The notes under the pieces were generated by a model. The model was not told where the DNA came from. It saw only the letters and a program-made list of their open reading frames with translations, and did not search any database. A stretch of 63,974 nucleotides of DNA, counting the filler, from Basidiobolus ranarum (taxonomy: Eukaryota), in the NCBI GenBank assembly GCA_040143965.1. It is 54 parts of 54 records of this genome, joined end to end, with 100 filler letters (N's around TTAATTAATTAA, not from the genome) between each part and the next. Parts side by side here need not be neighbours in the genome. Positions count along the whole stretch, not along the records: positions 1 to 1,092 come from JASJQH010006474.1; positions 1,193 to 2,284 come from JASJQH010006475.1; positions 2,385 to 3,476 come from JASJQH010006476.1; positions 3,577 to 4,667 come from JASJQH010006477.1; positions 4,768 to 5,858 come from JASJQH010006478.1; positions 5,959 to 7,049 come from JASJQH010006479.1; positions 7,150 to 8,240 come from JASJQH010006480.1; positions 8,341 to 9,431 come from JASJQH010006481.1; 46 more parts are not named here. One strand, written 5' to 3'. Position numbers and translations under genes: made by a program. Below are positions 1 to 11,462 of the stretch, piece after piece (positions within the stretch are counted from its first letter, which is position 1; each line of letters opens with the position of its first letter).

Positions 1-490
1 TGTGAAGATCTGCATTTCCAGAGTCAGATATTTTGGCAAAAAAGCTTATTTTCACCATGGAACCAGGTACACCAGTTGAAAGAGTGCTTGATTTGGAATT
101 TTATCCAACACCTGGCACCTCTCAACAAGCCAAAACACCAGCATATAAAACATACCGCTCTCCAACCACAACTGGTACTTTTCAAAGTGTTGAAATTAGT
201 CACAAAGTTAAAGGCAAGCAAAAGCCACACAAGCACCACAAAGCACTATCAGTAGTGTCACACTACAATGATGTACAAAAGTAGCCAAAGTGCTTGAGGA
301 ATATTTTCAAAAGTATGAAGGGAAAATACAGTGCAAGTATGCAGAAAATGGCCTCACAGGAAGAACATTAAGTTGACATTCTGTCTGGTGTGGACTGTGC
401 AGATATCTGGGAGGCACTTAATACAGAGTGGCACAATATTGCAAGGTATCCACCACATAGCTGGAAGAATGTTGATTGTGTAACATTAAA
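1..490 (+). mobile_element. Degenerate unknown repeat ORF ('family I'), probably the accessory ORF of the CACTA element
   Basis: Homologous to 10723..11460 and 58816..59250 (AKKLNFTME-GTPVERVL...YKTYRSPT). Contains stops and frameshifts and is CpG-depleted. Confidence 0.6.
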
Positions 491-492
491 AC

Positions 493-840
493 TGTTAAAG
501 TATTTGGGAGCCTGTTGGAAGTGGTTTGGAGAATTAGAGGAATTGGTGGTTTTCACTTATTGATTTATTGAGTAGAAAGTTGAGATTTATAGTTGTGTCA
601 AGATGTAAACCAACTAATGTGTAGAATATGTTGGGGAAGGTCCCAGGAGCATGTGTGCAAAGTTTGGGGCTTGTAGAACAAGTTCAAAAAATCTATATAT
701 CTGAGAACTTCTAAGTTGGTAAACATATTCCAAGTAAATTCCAATTGAGAATAATTGATAATATCTTAGTGAATTATAATGTAACTAAGTACTAAGCTAT
801 ATATGACTAAATTGGTGTTTAGGCAATGATAATTTCAACA
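493..840 (-). repeat. LTR family H (TGTTGAAATT...TTTAACA)
   Basis: TG...CA termini on the minus strand. Copies at 26185..26467, 40225..40317, 61713..61865 and 62428..62793. Confidence 0.65.
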
Positions 841-1092
841 ACTAAATAGTTGTATAAACCAATCCTAATAAAGGTCTAAATTTCTGTCTACCTAATGGTT
901 TAGTTAATATATCAGCAATCATGTCTTCAGAAGAACAATAAGTCAAGTCAATAAACTTATTCTCTATATTCTCTCTAACAAAGTGATGCTTAATATCTAT
1001 GTATTTGCTTCTATTATGAAATGTGGGATTTTTAGCTAATTTGATACAACTTTGATTATCTTGTATTATTGTAGTTGGTGAATTTTGAGAAT

Positions 1093-1192
1093 NNNNNNNN
1101 NNNNNNNNNNNNNNNNNNNNNNNNNNNNNNNNNNNNTTAATTAATTAANNNNNNNNNNNNNNNNNNNNNNNNNNNNNNNNNNNNNNNNNNNN
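1093..1192. other. Artificial contig-joining linker N44-TTAATTAATTAA-N44 (first of 53 copies, one about every 1.19 kb)
   Basis: The same 100-nt structure recurs throughout. TTAATTAATTAA gives stops in all six frames. Flanking contig lengths decrease from 1092 to 1081 bp. Confidence 0.98.
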
Positions 1193-1946
1193 TTCTCAAC
1201 TTGTGAATATTCAATATGCAAAGACTTCCCATCAGGCTTGGACTATATTGGAAGAGTGTTATGAAGCAAAGAGTCTTGTTAATAGACATTTTTTCAGACA
1301 AAAATTCTTCAATATAAAGATGGAAAAGTCTGAAAGCATGAGTATTCATATTGCAAATGTAAGATCTTTGGCAAAACAACTGGACAATAATGGTGCAACT
1401 TTACAGGAAGAAGATGTGTTTATGACTCTCCTAAGTAGTCTACCAGAACAGTATTCAAGCTTGGCCACAGCATTGGAATCAAGATCTGACAAGTTGTCTT
1501 TGGTGTTTGTGGTGGCAAGGCTAATGGATCAACACATCAGAAGTAAGAATTTGGAAAAAGAATCTGAGGAACTGGCTCTTTTTGGAGCTGAAAAACATTG
1601 CTTAGGCAAGTACAAAGATTACAAATGAATGAAACCAGGTTTATGCTATGGTTGTAACAAACCAGGGCACCAGTTAAAATATTGTAAATCAAGAAATTAC
1701 AACAAAGATGAGAAGTTGGAACAAGCAAATCAAGTTTCAACCAAAGAGGAAGATTTATTCATTTCTGCACTATCAGTGACTGCTGAACAAGACTGTAGGT
1801 TGTGGTATATTATTTCTGGAGCCTCTCAATATTTCTCTAATCAAAAAAACTGGTTCAAGACACTCAAAACTGACATAAACAAGAAGATATATATGGGAGA
1901 TGACTGGCCACTAAAAGCTCCAGGAGTGGGAGAAATTGGCCCATAT
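1193..1946 (+). mobile_element. Ty1/copia gag-protease fragment, degenerate
   Basis: Gag-type UBN2 region (AWTILEECYE...RQKFFNIKM), zinc knuckle CYGCNKPGHQLKYC, protease WYIISGASQY. Internal stop at 1626..1628. Confidence 0.9.
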
Positions 1947-1949
1947 GAG

Positions 1950-2284
1950 AATGGATGGAGGGAGCTGCATGTTGCTGTAGCTATTATACAGCATTCCAAA
2001 GTTCTTGTATCATTGTTGAGTGACTCTTTAACTGTTGACTAGTTGCTTCCAAACGCTGTATTAATTGCAATATTGCGGCATTATTGCTTGTCATGGCCCA
2101 TATGGCAACTTCATAGTGTTTACTTATGATTACATACAAATCATTATGGTGTTCTGCCTGCAATTCCCTTGTTGTAATAATTCTATCCAAATTTTCTACG
2201 GAGGGTTGTTCAATAGTGGGTAAAGAATCCATTTTGGAAGTTGATGGTCTTGATGGTGTTTTAGTTGAACTTTGCTCAACTATT
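1950..2284 (-). mobile_element. Unknown multicopy ORF 'family A' fragment
   Basis: LPTIEQPSVENLDRIITTRELQAEHHNDLY matches the copies at 3577, 16673, 34600, 41603 and 62922. Confidence 0.75.
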
Positions 2285-2384
2285 NNNNNNNNNNNNNNNN
2301 NNNNNNNNNNNNNNNNNNNNNNNNNNNNTTAATTAATTAANNNNNNNNNNNNNNNNNNNNNNNNNNNNNNNNNNNNNNNNNNNN

Positions 2385-3029
2385 ATGATAGATGCGGTAC
2401 TTGGTAACACTTATGATCTACCTGCAATGGCGTTTGAGTCACTTAACCGAACAATGCACGACACTGTGATTGGTCGTTGAGAGTCAGTTTCATCAATTCC
2501 CACCGGAGCACGATGGAGTAATCCTCATAAATTCGATATAGAAGCTATGTCAGCACCAATTTCATCACTTGCAGGGTCAGCCAAGACAGCGTGTAAGAAG
2601 TTCTGGCCTATCTTGGATGATATATCGATGTATTCATTGCGAGTCACTGATGAGGGTATGCGTGAACCTCATTGGCATCCAACCACAGCCGAGATGGCTT
2701 ACATAGCGAAGGGAAATGCGTGGATGACAGTTATGAACCCAGGAGGAAGTTTGGACACCTATTTGCTCAAGCCTGGAGATGTTTATTTTATTCCTCGTGC
2801 ATACCCACACCATATTGAAAATATTGGTGATCAGGACATCCACTTTCTTATCTTCTTCGACCAGAACACTCCCGGTGACATTGGATTTAAAGCGTCTATT
2901 AGTGGGTATTCACGTGAAACGTTGGCTGCCGCATTTGGCACCAATGTTGTGAATTTACCAGAGCTTCCATTCACTGCCATCGATCCATTGTTGGTTGAGA
3001 GAGTTAATCCTGTTGACCCAATCGAATAG
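2385..3029 (+). pseudogene. Bicupin / oxalate decarboxylase-family protein, C-terminal part, with an in-frame TGA at 2478..2480
   Basis: Cupin motifs GMREPHWHPTTAEM and GDVYFIPRAYPHHIENIG. The same frame continues upstream (AVLGNTYDLPA...PHKFDIEA) through one stop. No introns in this segment. Confidence 0.8.
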
Positions 3030-3576
3030 ACCCGTCCATAATACTACTCATTCATCCTTCTTTTCTTGATTAACTTTTCCATATCAGATACGAATCTACA
3101 TAGTGCATCAATGTCCTGCAATAAATAGTTTGTCAAAATATTAAGCTTGTACCAAGTGATTTTAAGGTTAAATTATTACAAAGCATTGATTAGACTTTCA
3201 CCAGAATTAATATTGTGAATATTGTTCGAACTTTACTGTAAATCTAGCATTAATGGCAGTCTGCGGCTGATATGCTCATCCTATGTTGCATGTTGATTTA
3301 TAATTTCGGTTGTTACCAGAATTAGGATAACAATGAAAATCCGAATTATGCACTAAAAGGTATGATTCTGAGAACACACATTCTCAGAACTTAAATATCC
3401 TATATATATATCAACGTATTAACATATGAATAAATTGAAGTTCTTAAGCTATTTATTTACGATTTATCTTTCGCTTNNNNNNNNNNNNNNNNNNNNNNNN
3501 NNNNNNNNNNNNNNNNNNNNTTAATTAATTAANNNNNNNNNNNNNNNNNNNNNNNNNNNNNNNNNNNNNNNNNNNN

Positions 3577-4570
3577 GAGCAGCATGTTGCTGTAGCTCAA
3601 GTACAGCATTCTGAAGGTCTTGTATCATTGTTGAGTGACTCTCTAACTGTTGACTAGTTGCTTCCAAACACTGCATTAATTGCAATAATGCAGCATTATT
3701 GCTTTTCATGGCCTGTATAGCAACTTCATAGCTTTTACTTATGATTGCATACAAATCATTATGGTGTTTAGCCTGCAATTCCCAAGTTGTAATAATTCTA
3801 TCCAAATATTTTATGGAGGGTTGTTCAATAGTGGGCAAAGTAGCCATTTTGGAAGTTGATGGTCTTGATAGTGTTTTGGCTGAACTTTGCTCAACTATTG
3901 ATTTACTATGCAATTAGGGGTTTACAATCTCTTCACTGGCCCTATTGCTGGAAAGGAACACATCTGGTAAATCAACTAATGCTTCATCATTACTGGAGTT
4001 AGTTTCTAGCATGTTAATGCCTTCTAAATTGGATAGTGGATTCCTAGACTGCTCATCAATCAAGTCCTCTGTTCTTGCTGGTTATTTTCCTTTCATGCCA
4101 GCAGACTTTGACTTGGAAGCTGATTTTGATTTATGTTTGAATGCTTTTAAATGTCATTGAAATTTTCAGTTGGTAAACTTGGTGTTTTGAAATTGCATAG
4201 AAACAGCTAATAATAAACCAAAATTGCCATCCATTACCAGAAATATTGTATAAATCACTTGATGCTTCATTGGTGACACCGTCTCAGAATCAGCGGATGA
4301 TGTTGATGAGTTATACCTAAAATACCACCCTTACATTGGAGGTGTTCTATTTTCTACAATATCTTCTCATGCCGTAACACAAACGTTTAAAGAAACCCTG
4401 CGATTATTGTCACAAATTCTTGTGCTATGAAAGCCGGAGGCTTCATAGAAAGAAAAATCACAAGCATGGTCACTGTACAAAGCCACCAGCTGCACAAAGC
4501 CTGGTACATAACAACAGTAATAAGTGCACTAAATCAACTTAAGTTTTGCCTATTGAGTCAACTGACTGTA
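3577..4570 (-). mobile_element. Family A repeat, truncated by a CACTA end at 4571
   Basis: ORF 3577..3913 and its upstream region match 34600..35470 and 62922..63974. Confidence 0.75.
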
Positions 4571-4667
4571 CCCTAACAGAAATTTGAGGATTGTTATCGT
4601 AGGAAAACCGTCACAATTTTAATCCATTTGGGGTTGACCGTTTACTTACCGTCATAAAAACGTCAAG
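4571..4667 (+). mobile_element. CACTA-type terminus 'B' (TIR CCCTAACAGAAAT)
   Basis: The same sequence ends in ATTTCTGTTAGGG at 46501..46513 and ATCTCTGTTAGGG at 31163..31175, each with a different flank. Confidence 0.7.
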
Positions 4668-4974
4668 NNNNNNNNNNNNNNNNNNNNNNNNNNNNNNNNN
4701 NNNNNNNNNNNTTAATTAATTAANNNNNNNNNNNNNNNNNNNNNNNNNNNNNNNNNNNNNNNNNNNNCAAAATTCTACTTGAATACATACAAATCCAATA
4801 CTTTCAGTCTTTGCATTTGAATAAATGCCTGGATGAGTGGATATTGATGGGGGCCCTGGTAAAATGTGACAGTATCTTGATGTTTTCGAGTATTTTCCAA
4901 GTTAATTCAAACTTGATTCTATCTTGAATGGCGCATTCATATTGAATTTCCCACTATATAGCTGAGTAAGTAGT

Positions 4975-5569
4975 ATTGGAATCTTGTTTAATAGTAAGTG
5001 CATTGTGTCTGATGGGAAGCTCTGGCTCCAGCTGATCCCCTTTAGCAATATAGTCTTAGGCTTACAGCTAGTATCAAGTTCAATGTTAGACTGACCTTTT
5101 GGTCAATTGATATCAGTGATTATATTGAAATCTGGCCCGGTTGTTGATGGTAAAATCATGGGGTTTGGTGTTGTATTTCAACAGTAGTAATGCATATGCC
5201 TGATAGAGTTAACTCCATTGATTTGACAAAAGCTACAGCAAGATAGTGCATTGTGCCTGCTAAAACCTCCAAGTTTACTGATGGCAGGAGTATCACCAAT
5301 ACATATAATAATATTAGCATAAATAAGATAGCTCCCCATCTGAACCATATTAGATAATCATTCAAAATTCCGCAATCAAGGGCTCCAAGAAGCTATCCAT
5401 AAGCACTGGTGATTTAGGTCCAGATACGATGGAAAGTATCAAAATATTATGACTCTTATACAATTCAGAAGGAGTAAGATTTAAGTTAATTAAAATTATT
5501 GACCTTCAAGCCCTTCCAATGTTGTATTTGTTTAGCAATAAACTATCCAGAGCCAATGAAAATGCATGA
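4975..5569 (-). mobile_element. CACTA/EnSpm (Tnp2-type) transposase remnant
   Basis: Minus strand encodes INLNLTPSELYKSHNILILSIVSGPKSPVLMDSFLEPLIAEF. Homologous to 28860..29290 and 43971..44278. Confidence 0.8.
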
Positions 5570-5858
5570 CCCTAATAAAAATAAAATCAATTTGATCCAA
5601 ATTGGATCCAGCCTCCAAAGTAGCCAAACCATCAGAGAACCATCAAATTATTGGTCGCTTGCATTCTGCCAGGGATTTTAATGGTGTGACAGCGGTTTCT
5701 TGAAGGTATTTTGATGGTATTCATACATGTAAAAAATTTTTCCTCAAATTTGGCATGCTTTATTCAATATCTGGCAATTTTTGCAAAAATCTGATTTGTG
5801 AATGGCAAATTACTGAGTTTAATGCTGTAGGAATTTGAATTAATTTATATGCCTTTAT
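5570..5858 (-). mobile_element. CACTA terminus 'C' (TIR CCCTAATAAAAAT) nested in a transposase remnant
   Basis: The same terminus occurs at 11463, 14503, 21609, 44420 and 58815. Confidence 0.75.
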
Positions 5859-6324
5859 NNNNNNNNNNNNNNNNNNNNNNNNNNNNNNNNNNNNNNNNNN
5901 NNTTAATTAATTAANNNNNNNNNNNNNNNNNNNNNNNNNNNNNNNNNNNNNNNNNNNNGTCCCCACCATATCAAGCTTCTGTAATGAACGCCACTAAACT
6001 TTGAACATAATGATGCCTCTTTTGGCTTATTGCTTCTTGTTCATGATGGTTTCAAACAAATCACTTGAAGCGTTACTTCGCTCCATCTCAATTGTTTATT
6101 GGCTGCACACTTGATTAGATTGAACGCGCATCATCAAAATAAGTAACTTTTCCTATGCCTGTACTTAAACAAGCTTGCAGAGAACTAAGGTTTAAATACA
6201 TCAATTTCAGTATAAATGCCATCGAATTAGTCATCCAAAACAATTAATTATTGCTCAGCTTATATGACCTGACCAATTGGATGTGGCTTAGCTTTATATT
6301 TTGTGATTTGTAAAAGGAACATTG

Positions 6325-6417
6325 TCAGCGTACTCTGTTTAAATGTTCTGCAAACTCAGCGTACTCTGTTTAAATGTTATGCTAACTCAGCGTACTCTGT
6401 TTAAATGTTATGCAAAC
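6325..6417 (+). repeat. Tandem repeat, 3 x 31 bp (TCAGCGTACTCTGTTTAAATGTTMTGCWAAC)
   Basis: Read directly from the sequence. Confidence 0.9.
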
Positions 6418-6610
6418 ATTTGTTGATTATATAAACCTATATAGTGTGGCTTGGTAAATCCAGAAAAGCCATTTAAATACGCAATTACAGAGGACCAAAC
6501 TTCGACATGGATATGAATTTGTAACTCGGTAACCTGCTGCATTAGGTATTTAGATCATGTTTCTTGATCATCAACGACAATTGTAACAAGTTTATCTCTT
6601 CGAAAGATTG

Positions 6611-6684
6611 ATTCAGTTATCATACCTTCAACACTGCTGATGGTACCATTCAGTTATCATACCTTCAACACTGCTGATGGTACC
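6611..6684 (+). repeat. Perfect tandem duplication, 2 x 37 bp
   Basis: ATTCAGTTATCATACCTTCAACACTGCTGATGGTACC occurs twice in tandem. Confidence 0.9.
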
Positions 6685-8340
6685 GGTTACATGAGATGAT
6701 ATTGTATCAGTGTCTTAGCTCTAGAACATGGAATTTAGACAGATAATTGATTTCTCTATGCCAACAACAATTTGGCTGTGACCTCATATATGTGGCAAAA
6801 TGGAGGCTACAATATATTGTGAGAGTTAGATGAATAACTGGATTGAATAAACACATGATACTTAGTTCACACCTTGGAATATCCTGTTGCTTGCTAACTC
6901 GTATCTATTGTTTACCTTAATCACTTGCTAACTCTTTATTAACACGTCTTAACTGTAGAACGTAACAATGCCAGTCATGTCGGTTAATATGTTTGCGTTA
7001 ACACCTGAGCAAATATGGCGGGAAGGAATATGCACAATGACCAAAAATANNNNNNNNNNNNNNNNNNNNNNNNNNNNNNNNNNNNNNNNNNNNTTAATTA
7101 ATTAANNNNNNNNNNNNNNNNNNNNNNNNNNNNNNNNNNNNNNNNNNNNCAATCTGACGTTATTTATATAGGACACTTTCATCCCTATTTGTTACAATAA
7201 TCTTGGTTGTAATGATTGACGAATACTTAGAGCTATTATGGAATACTCTGCATCAGAGCGGTTCATATTCTCAATTGGATTGTGCAAGTTATGCAAGTGA
7301 AAATGAAGTAGTTACGAATTTCGATATAATGTTGCATTCTCGGAATACTTCAAGCTTATCAAAACTGATGTTTTTTTAGTGACATTTCTAGCGGACTTTA
7401 AATTTTGTATATCTAGATGAGTTATAAGTATTGATTACTTTCACTGCTTTTGTATTGAAATGAACATGACTACAACAATTGGTTGGAAAGCCCTCACAAA
7501 ATTAAGTATATATCAGAGTTTTCCCAAGATTATCACTTAACTCTATTGAAAGTATCTGAGAGTAATTGACAGTGTTAAGGATAATTTCAAAAAAAAATAG
7601 TAATTGGATCAGTTTAAATAATAATCTTTTAGAAATAATTTGAAGAGCTAAAACATATGAAAAGGTTTTGACTGCCTAAATATCCAAAAAAATATACATA
7701 ATGTACTCAATATGAGAACTTAGGTGCTTAACTCTAATATCTCAACAGACTTATACATTTACCAGCTATTTACTTATACTATTAGTGCAAAAATGAAATA
7801 TCTCTCTTGTATAGTAAGTATTGTTATTACATTTTGCAATACTCAGTCAGTTGCCACAAACAAACAAAACACCAAATTTCTTACAGCTTTTTATCACTCA
7901 ATAAATGGACAATTTGAATTTGATTGTATTGTACTAGATGGATGATACACTTGGAATTCTTTATATTTTAAGAGGCTTTGCCTTGCTATTTAGCAGTATT
8001 TGTACGTTGTGGCAATATGGAGAGTTTTGCACAATAGTTATTTAATATCTTTGCAAGTGTCTATCCCAATAGGTCTCCAGTTGATTGGGCTAAAAGTGTG
8101 AACGCTGAAGTTGTGAAGCATTGATATAGCTGTTGGATAATTAATCTTTATTCAACATCATAGTTAACTTTAGTTATGATACATATATCAGAAACAGAAA
8201 GCAACGTATCTATAGCCCCTATATTCTAAATAGGAATATCNNNNNNNNNNNNNNNNNNNNNNNNNNNNNNNNNNNNNNNNNNNNTTAATTAATTAANNNN
8301 NNNNNNNNNNNNNNNNNNNNNNNNNNNNNNNNNNNNNNNN

Positions 8341-8511
8341 TTGTGGATTGGAGGGAAGCTTTGGGGCACAGGATGATTGAGCGGTTAGGGGAAACTTGAA
8401 TATTCCACAATTTCCGGGCACAATAGCAAAATCCCCTTGACAATATGGGAAAGCATCTTGTGCGTTAGATAGGGATGTAGATAAAATAAAACCAATAACA
8501 AGGTATAACAT
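8341..8511 (-). CDS. Secreted Cys-rich protein, N-terminus (copy 1, runs off the contig)
   Basis: Signal peptide MLYLVIGFILSTSLSNA followed by QDAFPYCQGDFAIVPGNCGIFKFPLTAQSSCAPKLPSNPQ. Confidence 0.75.
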
Positions 8512-9257
8512 TCTATGATATTTGAGTAATTGAAGAAGATATAAAGCTGCTGTCTTTGTTGATTTCTCGTTTGATATTTATAGATTTTTGAACAGTAAAT
8601 TGACGAGTAAATTGAATAGTAAATAATTCCACTTCATCATTGATCTGAGGCCATGTCAAGTACCCCTATGTAACTTAGGCTGTTTTGACGTTTAATTTTA
8701 TCCTCGGAGGTGGCGGTTCTCAGTTCCAACACAGATATCCAAGATTACTGACAGTATGCATCAGTCTAAATCAACAGACATTTTAATCCCATTTTAGTGT
8801 GGAGTTTAACTCTCCATAAACTCGCGCATGTCTGAAAATAGTACTACTAGATCACCCATCTCCTTAAAATGATAGCTTTTCGATAATGATGAAAAACTAC
8901 CGTAATGAACCTACATCTCAATCTTGATCGGGTGTAGTTTATGAGTGACAAGTAAACATCCGAGCAGTATCGGAGTAAAAATACTACCCCTTAAAATATA
9001 TTAGGAAAGAGAAGATCGCATGCAAAGTACCAAGAGTATGCCAGATTCTTCGTTGATAGAAGCCATACCAGCTTACTCGGTGAATTATGAATCCCAGCAG
9101 TAATATAAGCATAGGAATGTTCGAGTACTCAAATGAAAGGAGATATTCTGGTTCGCTATATAATAGCAGGCCGTATCGGCTTTATGAATCACAACATTTT
9201 ATTCGTGAATTTTTATTTACAACTGTCCTTTTTTTGCTTACTAAACTTTAAATTATT

Positions 9258-9431
9258 ATGCTTCCTTTCCACATTACTTCCCTATTTTTCTCCATTTCTT
9301 ATGTTATGGCACAGGATGCATTCCCATATTGTCAAGGGGATTTTGCTATTGTGCCCGGAAATTGTGGAATATTCAAGTTTCCCCTAACCGCTCAATCATC
9401 CTGTGCCCCAAAGCTTCCCTCCAATCCACAA
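9258..9431 (+). CDS. Secreted Cys-rich protein, N-terminus (copy 2, divergent from copy 1)
   Basis: Different signal peptide MLPFHITSLFFSISYVMA followed by an identical mature sequence. Confidence 0.75.
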
Positions 9432-9582
9432 NNNNNNNNNNNNNNNNNNNNNNNNNNNNNNNNNNNNNNNNNNNNTTAATTAATTAANNNNNNNNNNNNN
9501 NNNNNNNNNNNNNNNNNNNNNNNNNNNNNNNCTATGGACATATCTTCTCAAAGATGATTTATTTAAAGGTTCAAGAAATATC

Positions 9583-10017
9583 ATGCCACAAAAATATCAA
9601 GATCGCTTCCCACATCTACCTACTAGAAGAGGCGAAGGTAGTGTTCGAAGTGGGACAATAGCAAACCAAGAGTCCCAAAACCCAGTGGCGCCTAATAGGA
9701 ACCGAACTACCCATGCGTTGGGTACTGTAGAACAACTGGCTGCAAACAGGCAACGAAATGCCCAAAATTCTACTGTTCTACGTAGAAATAGAGCGGAGGC
9801 AACTAACGCGATTCGCCAGCTTCTGCACCTCGGCACAAGCATTCCCCAGTACCAAGTTATACGTATAGCGCTCTGGGAATTGGAGAGAATGCTGGCGTTA
9901 GTGCCAGAAAGCAAACATTTAACACCTGCTCAAGTCAGTGTGTTAATGAATAGAGTACGTGAGTTTTATTCTTTAAATGACTCGGATCAGTCCCAATCAA
10001 ATAACAATGAGTCATAA
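9583..10017 (+). CDS. Hypothetical 144-aa basic protein, possibly a degenerate bHLH-like DNA-binding domain
   Basis: Open ATG-to-stop frame that retains CpGs. The segment RQRNAQNSTVLRRNRAEATNAIRQLL...IPQYQVIRIALWELERM has a basic-helix-loop-helix-like pattern. Confidence 0.45.
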   Translation: MPQKYQDRFPHLPTRRGEGSVRSGTIANQESQNPVAPNRNRTTHALGTVEQLAANRQRNAQNSTVLRRNRAEATNAIRQLLHLGTSIPQYQVIRIALWELERMLALVPESKHLTPAQVSVLMNRVREFYSLNDSDQSQSNNNES

Positions 10018-10079
10018 TGTAAAAGTAAAAAATAAACAAATTATTGACAATCTTTGGGACATGTGCAGAAATAAGCTTC

Positions 10080-10481
10080 AAGTTTAAATCCAAACATTAT
10101 CTCTCATAGTTGCATATAAATGTCCGATAGCAGTCAGAAAAAATAGCCATCCACCTAATATGACTGATAGGCAATCAACTCCTACAATAGCGCAGACATC
10201 CACTGAACCATCTATGGCAGGCCTTCAATCACCACAACCAGAAAACCAAAGAAGAGGTAGAAGAGGAAGGGACCATGGTAGGAGAGGCAGAAGTGATTGG
10301 CAAACATGCTGGCAAAGTATTCCAGAAAGTCAGCTAACTTCGGAACATAGTACAAGTACTAGCATGACAAATGATTGTTTGGCTGAAGCCTACACACATG
10401 TCAAGGAAACATTAACTGAGTATCAAGTTGGAGTATGTCACAAAATTCTTCTAGACATGTGCAGACAAATTTAGTAGCTAC
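10080..10481 (+). mobile_element. Unknown repeat 'family D' with an R/G-rich ORF
   Basis: Near-copy at 20242..20656 (QPENQRRGRRG...HKILLDMCRQI). Confidence 0.7.
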
Positions 10482-10622
10482 TGTTGAAGTTTATTGTCTT
10501 TATCATATTTGTTATCTCTATCTTTATACACCTAACTATTTCATATATCAAATATAAGTTAGTTAACATTACTTAGTCAAATATCACTTAGCTGAAAATT
10601 GGAACATATATTATATATATAT
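10482..10622 (+). repeat. Copia LTR family F, 5' part
   Basis: Begins TGTTGAAG and matches the full LTR at 55002..55379. Confidence 0.8.
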
Positions 10623-10722
10623 NNNNNNNNNNNNNNNNNNNNNNNNNNNNNNNNNNNNNNNNNNNNTTAATTAATTAANNNNNNNNNNNNNNNNNNNNNN
10701 NNNNNNNNNNNNNNNNNNNNNN

Positions 10723-11462
10723 AGAATGTACACAATTACTGACTTGAACAAAAAGAAAAGCAGCTAAAAAAGTACTCAAGGAGCTGGAAGTTGATAAAGC
10801 CAAGGGAATAGCAAAGGAGACAGCAAGCTTAGGCTCTTCTGTCCAACTTACCAAGTTTCTCACAACATTACAAAGATATGTTGTATCACAGTCAGCTATA
10901 TTGTGAAAAAGGCTTAATTTTACCCTGTACCCAGAAGCACCAGTTCAAAGATGGCTAAATTTGTACGTTTATCTAACACCTGGCACCTTTCTATTAGCCA
11001 AAACACTGGTAAGTAAAACTTATAGTTCTCCAACCTGAACTGGTACTATTCAAAGTGTTTAGATTAGCCCCAAACTTGAAGGCAAGCAAAAAGCCACACA
11101 AATATTGTAAAGCACTCTTGGTAGTGACAAACTACAACAACATATAAAAATAGTAAAAGTGCATGAGGAGTATTTTCAAAAGTAGGATGGGAAAAATACA
11201 GTGCAAATATGAAGAGAGTTCTTTCAGAAGAAGAAAGTTCATGTTCATATTCAGTCAGGCTTTGACCATGCAGATATCAGGAAAGAACTTAATATGGAGT
11301 GGCACAATATCACAGCGTATCTGCCAGATGGCCAGAAATATGTTGATTCAGCAACTTTGGTATAAAGGTGGAGTTTGATCAAGATATTGATACAAACTTG
11401 TGTTGGATATAAGCTAAACCTTGAGTATGACAAACTCTATAAAAATATTCAGGAGATTGTAT
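10723..11462 (+). mobile_element. Family I degenerate ORF, followed by CACTA terminus C at 11463
   Basis: Homology to 1..490 and 58963..59250. CCCTAACAAAAAT at 11463..11475. Confidence 0.65.
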
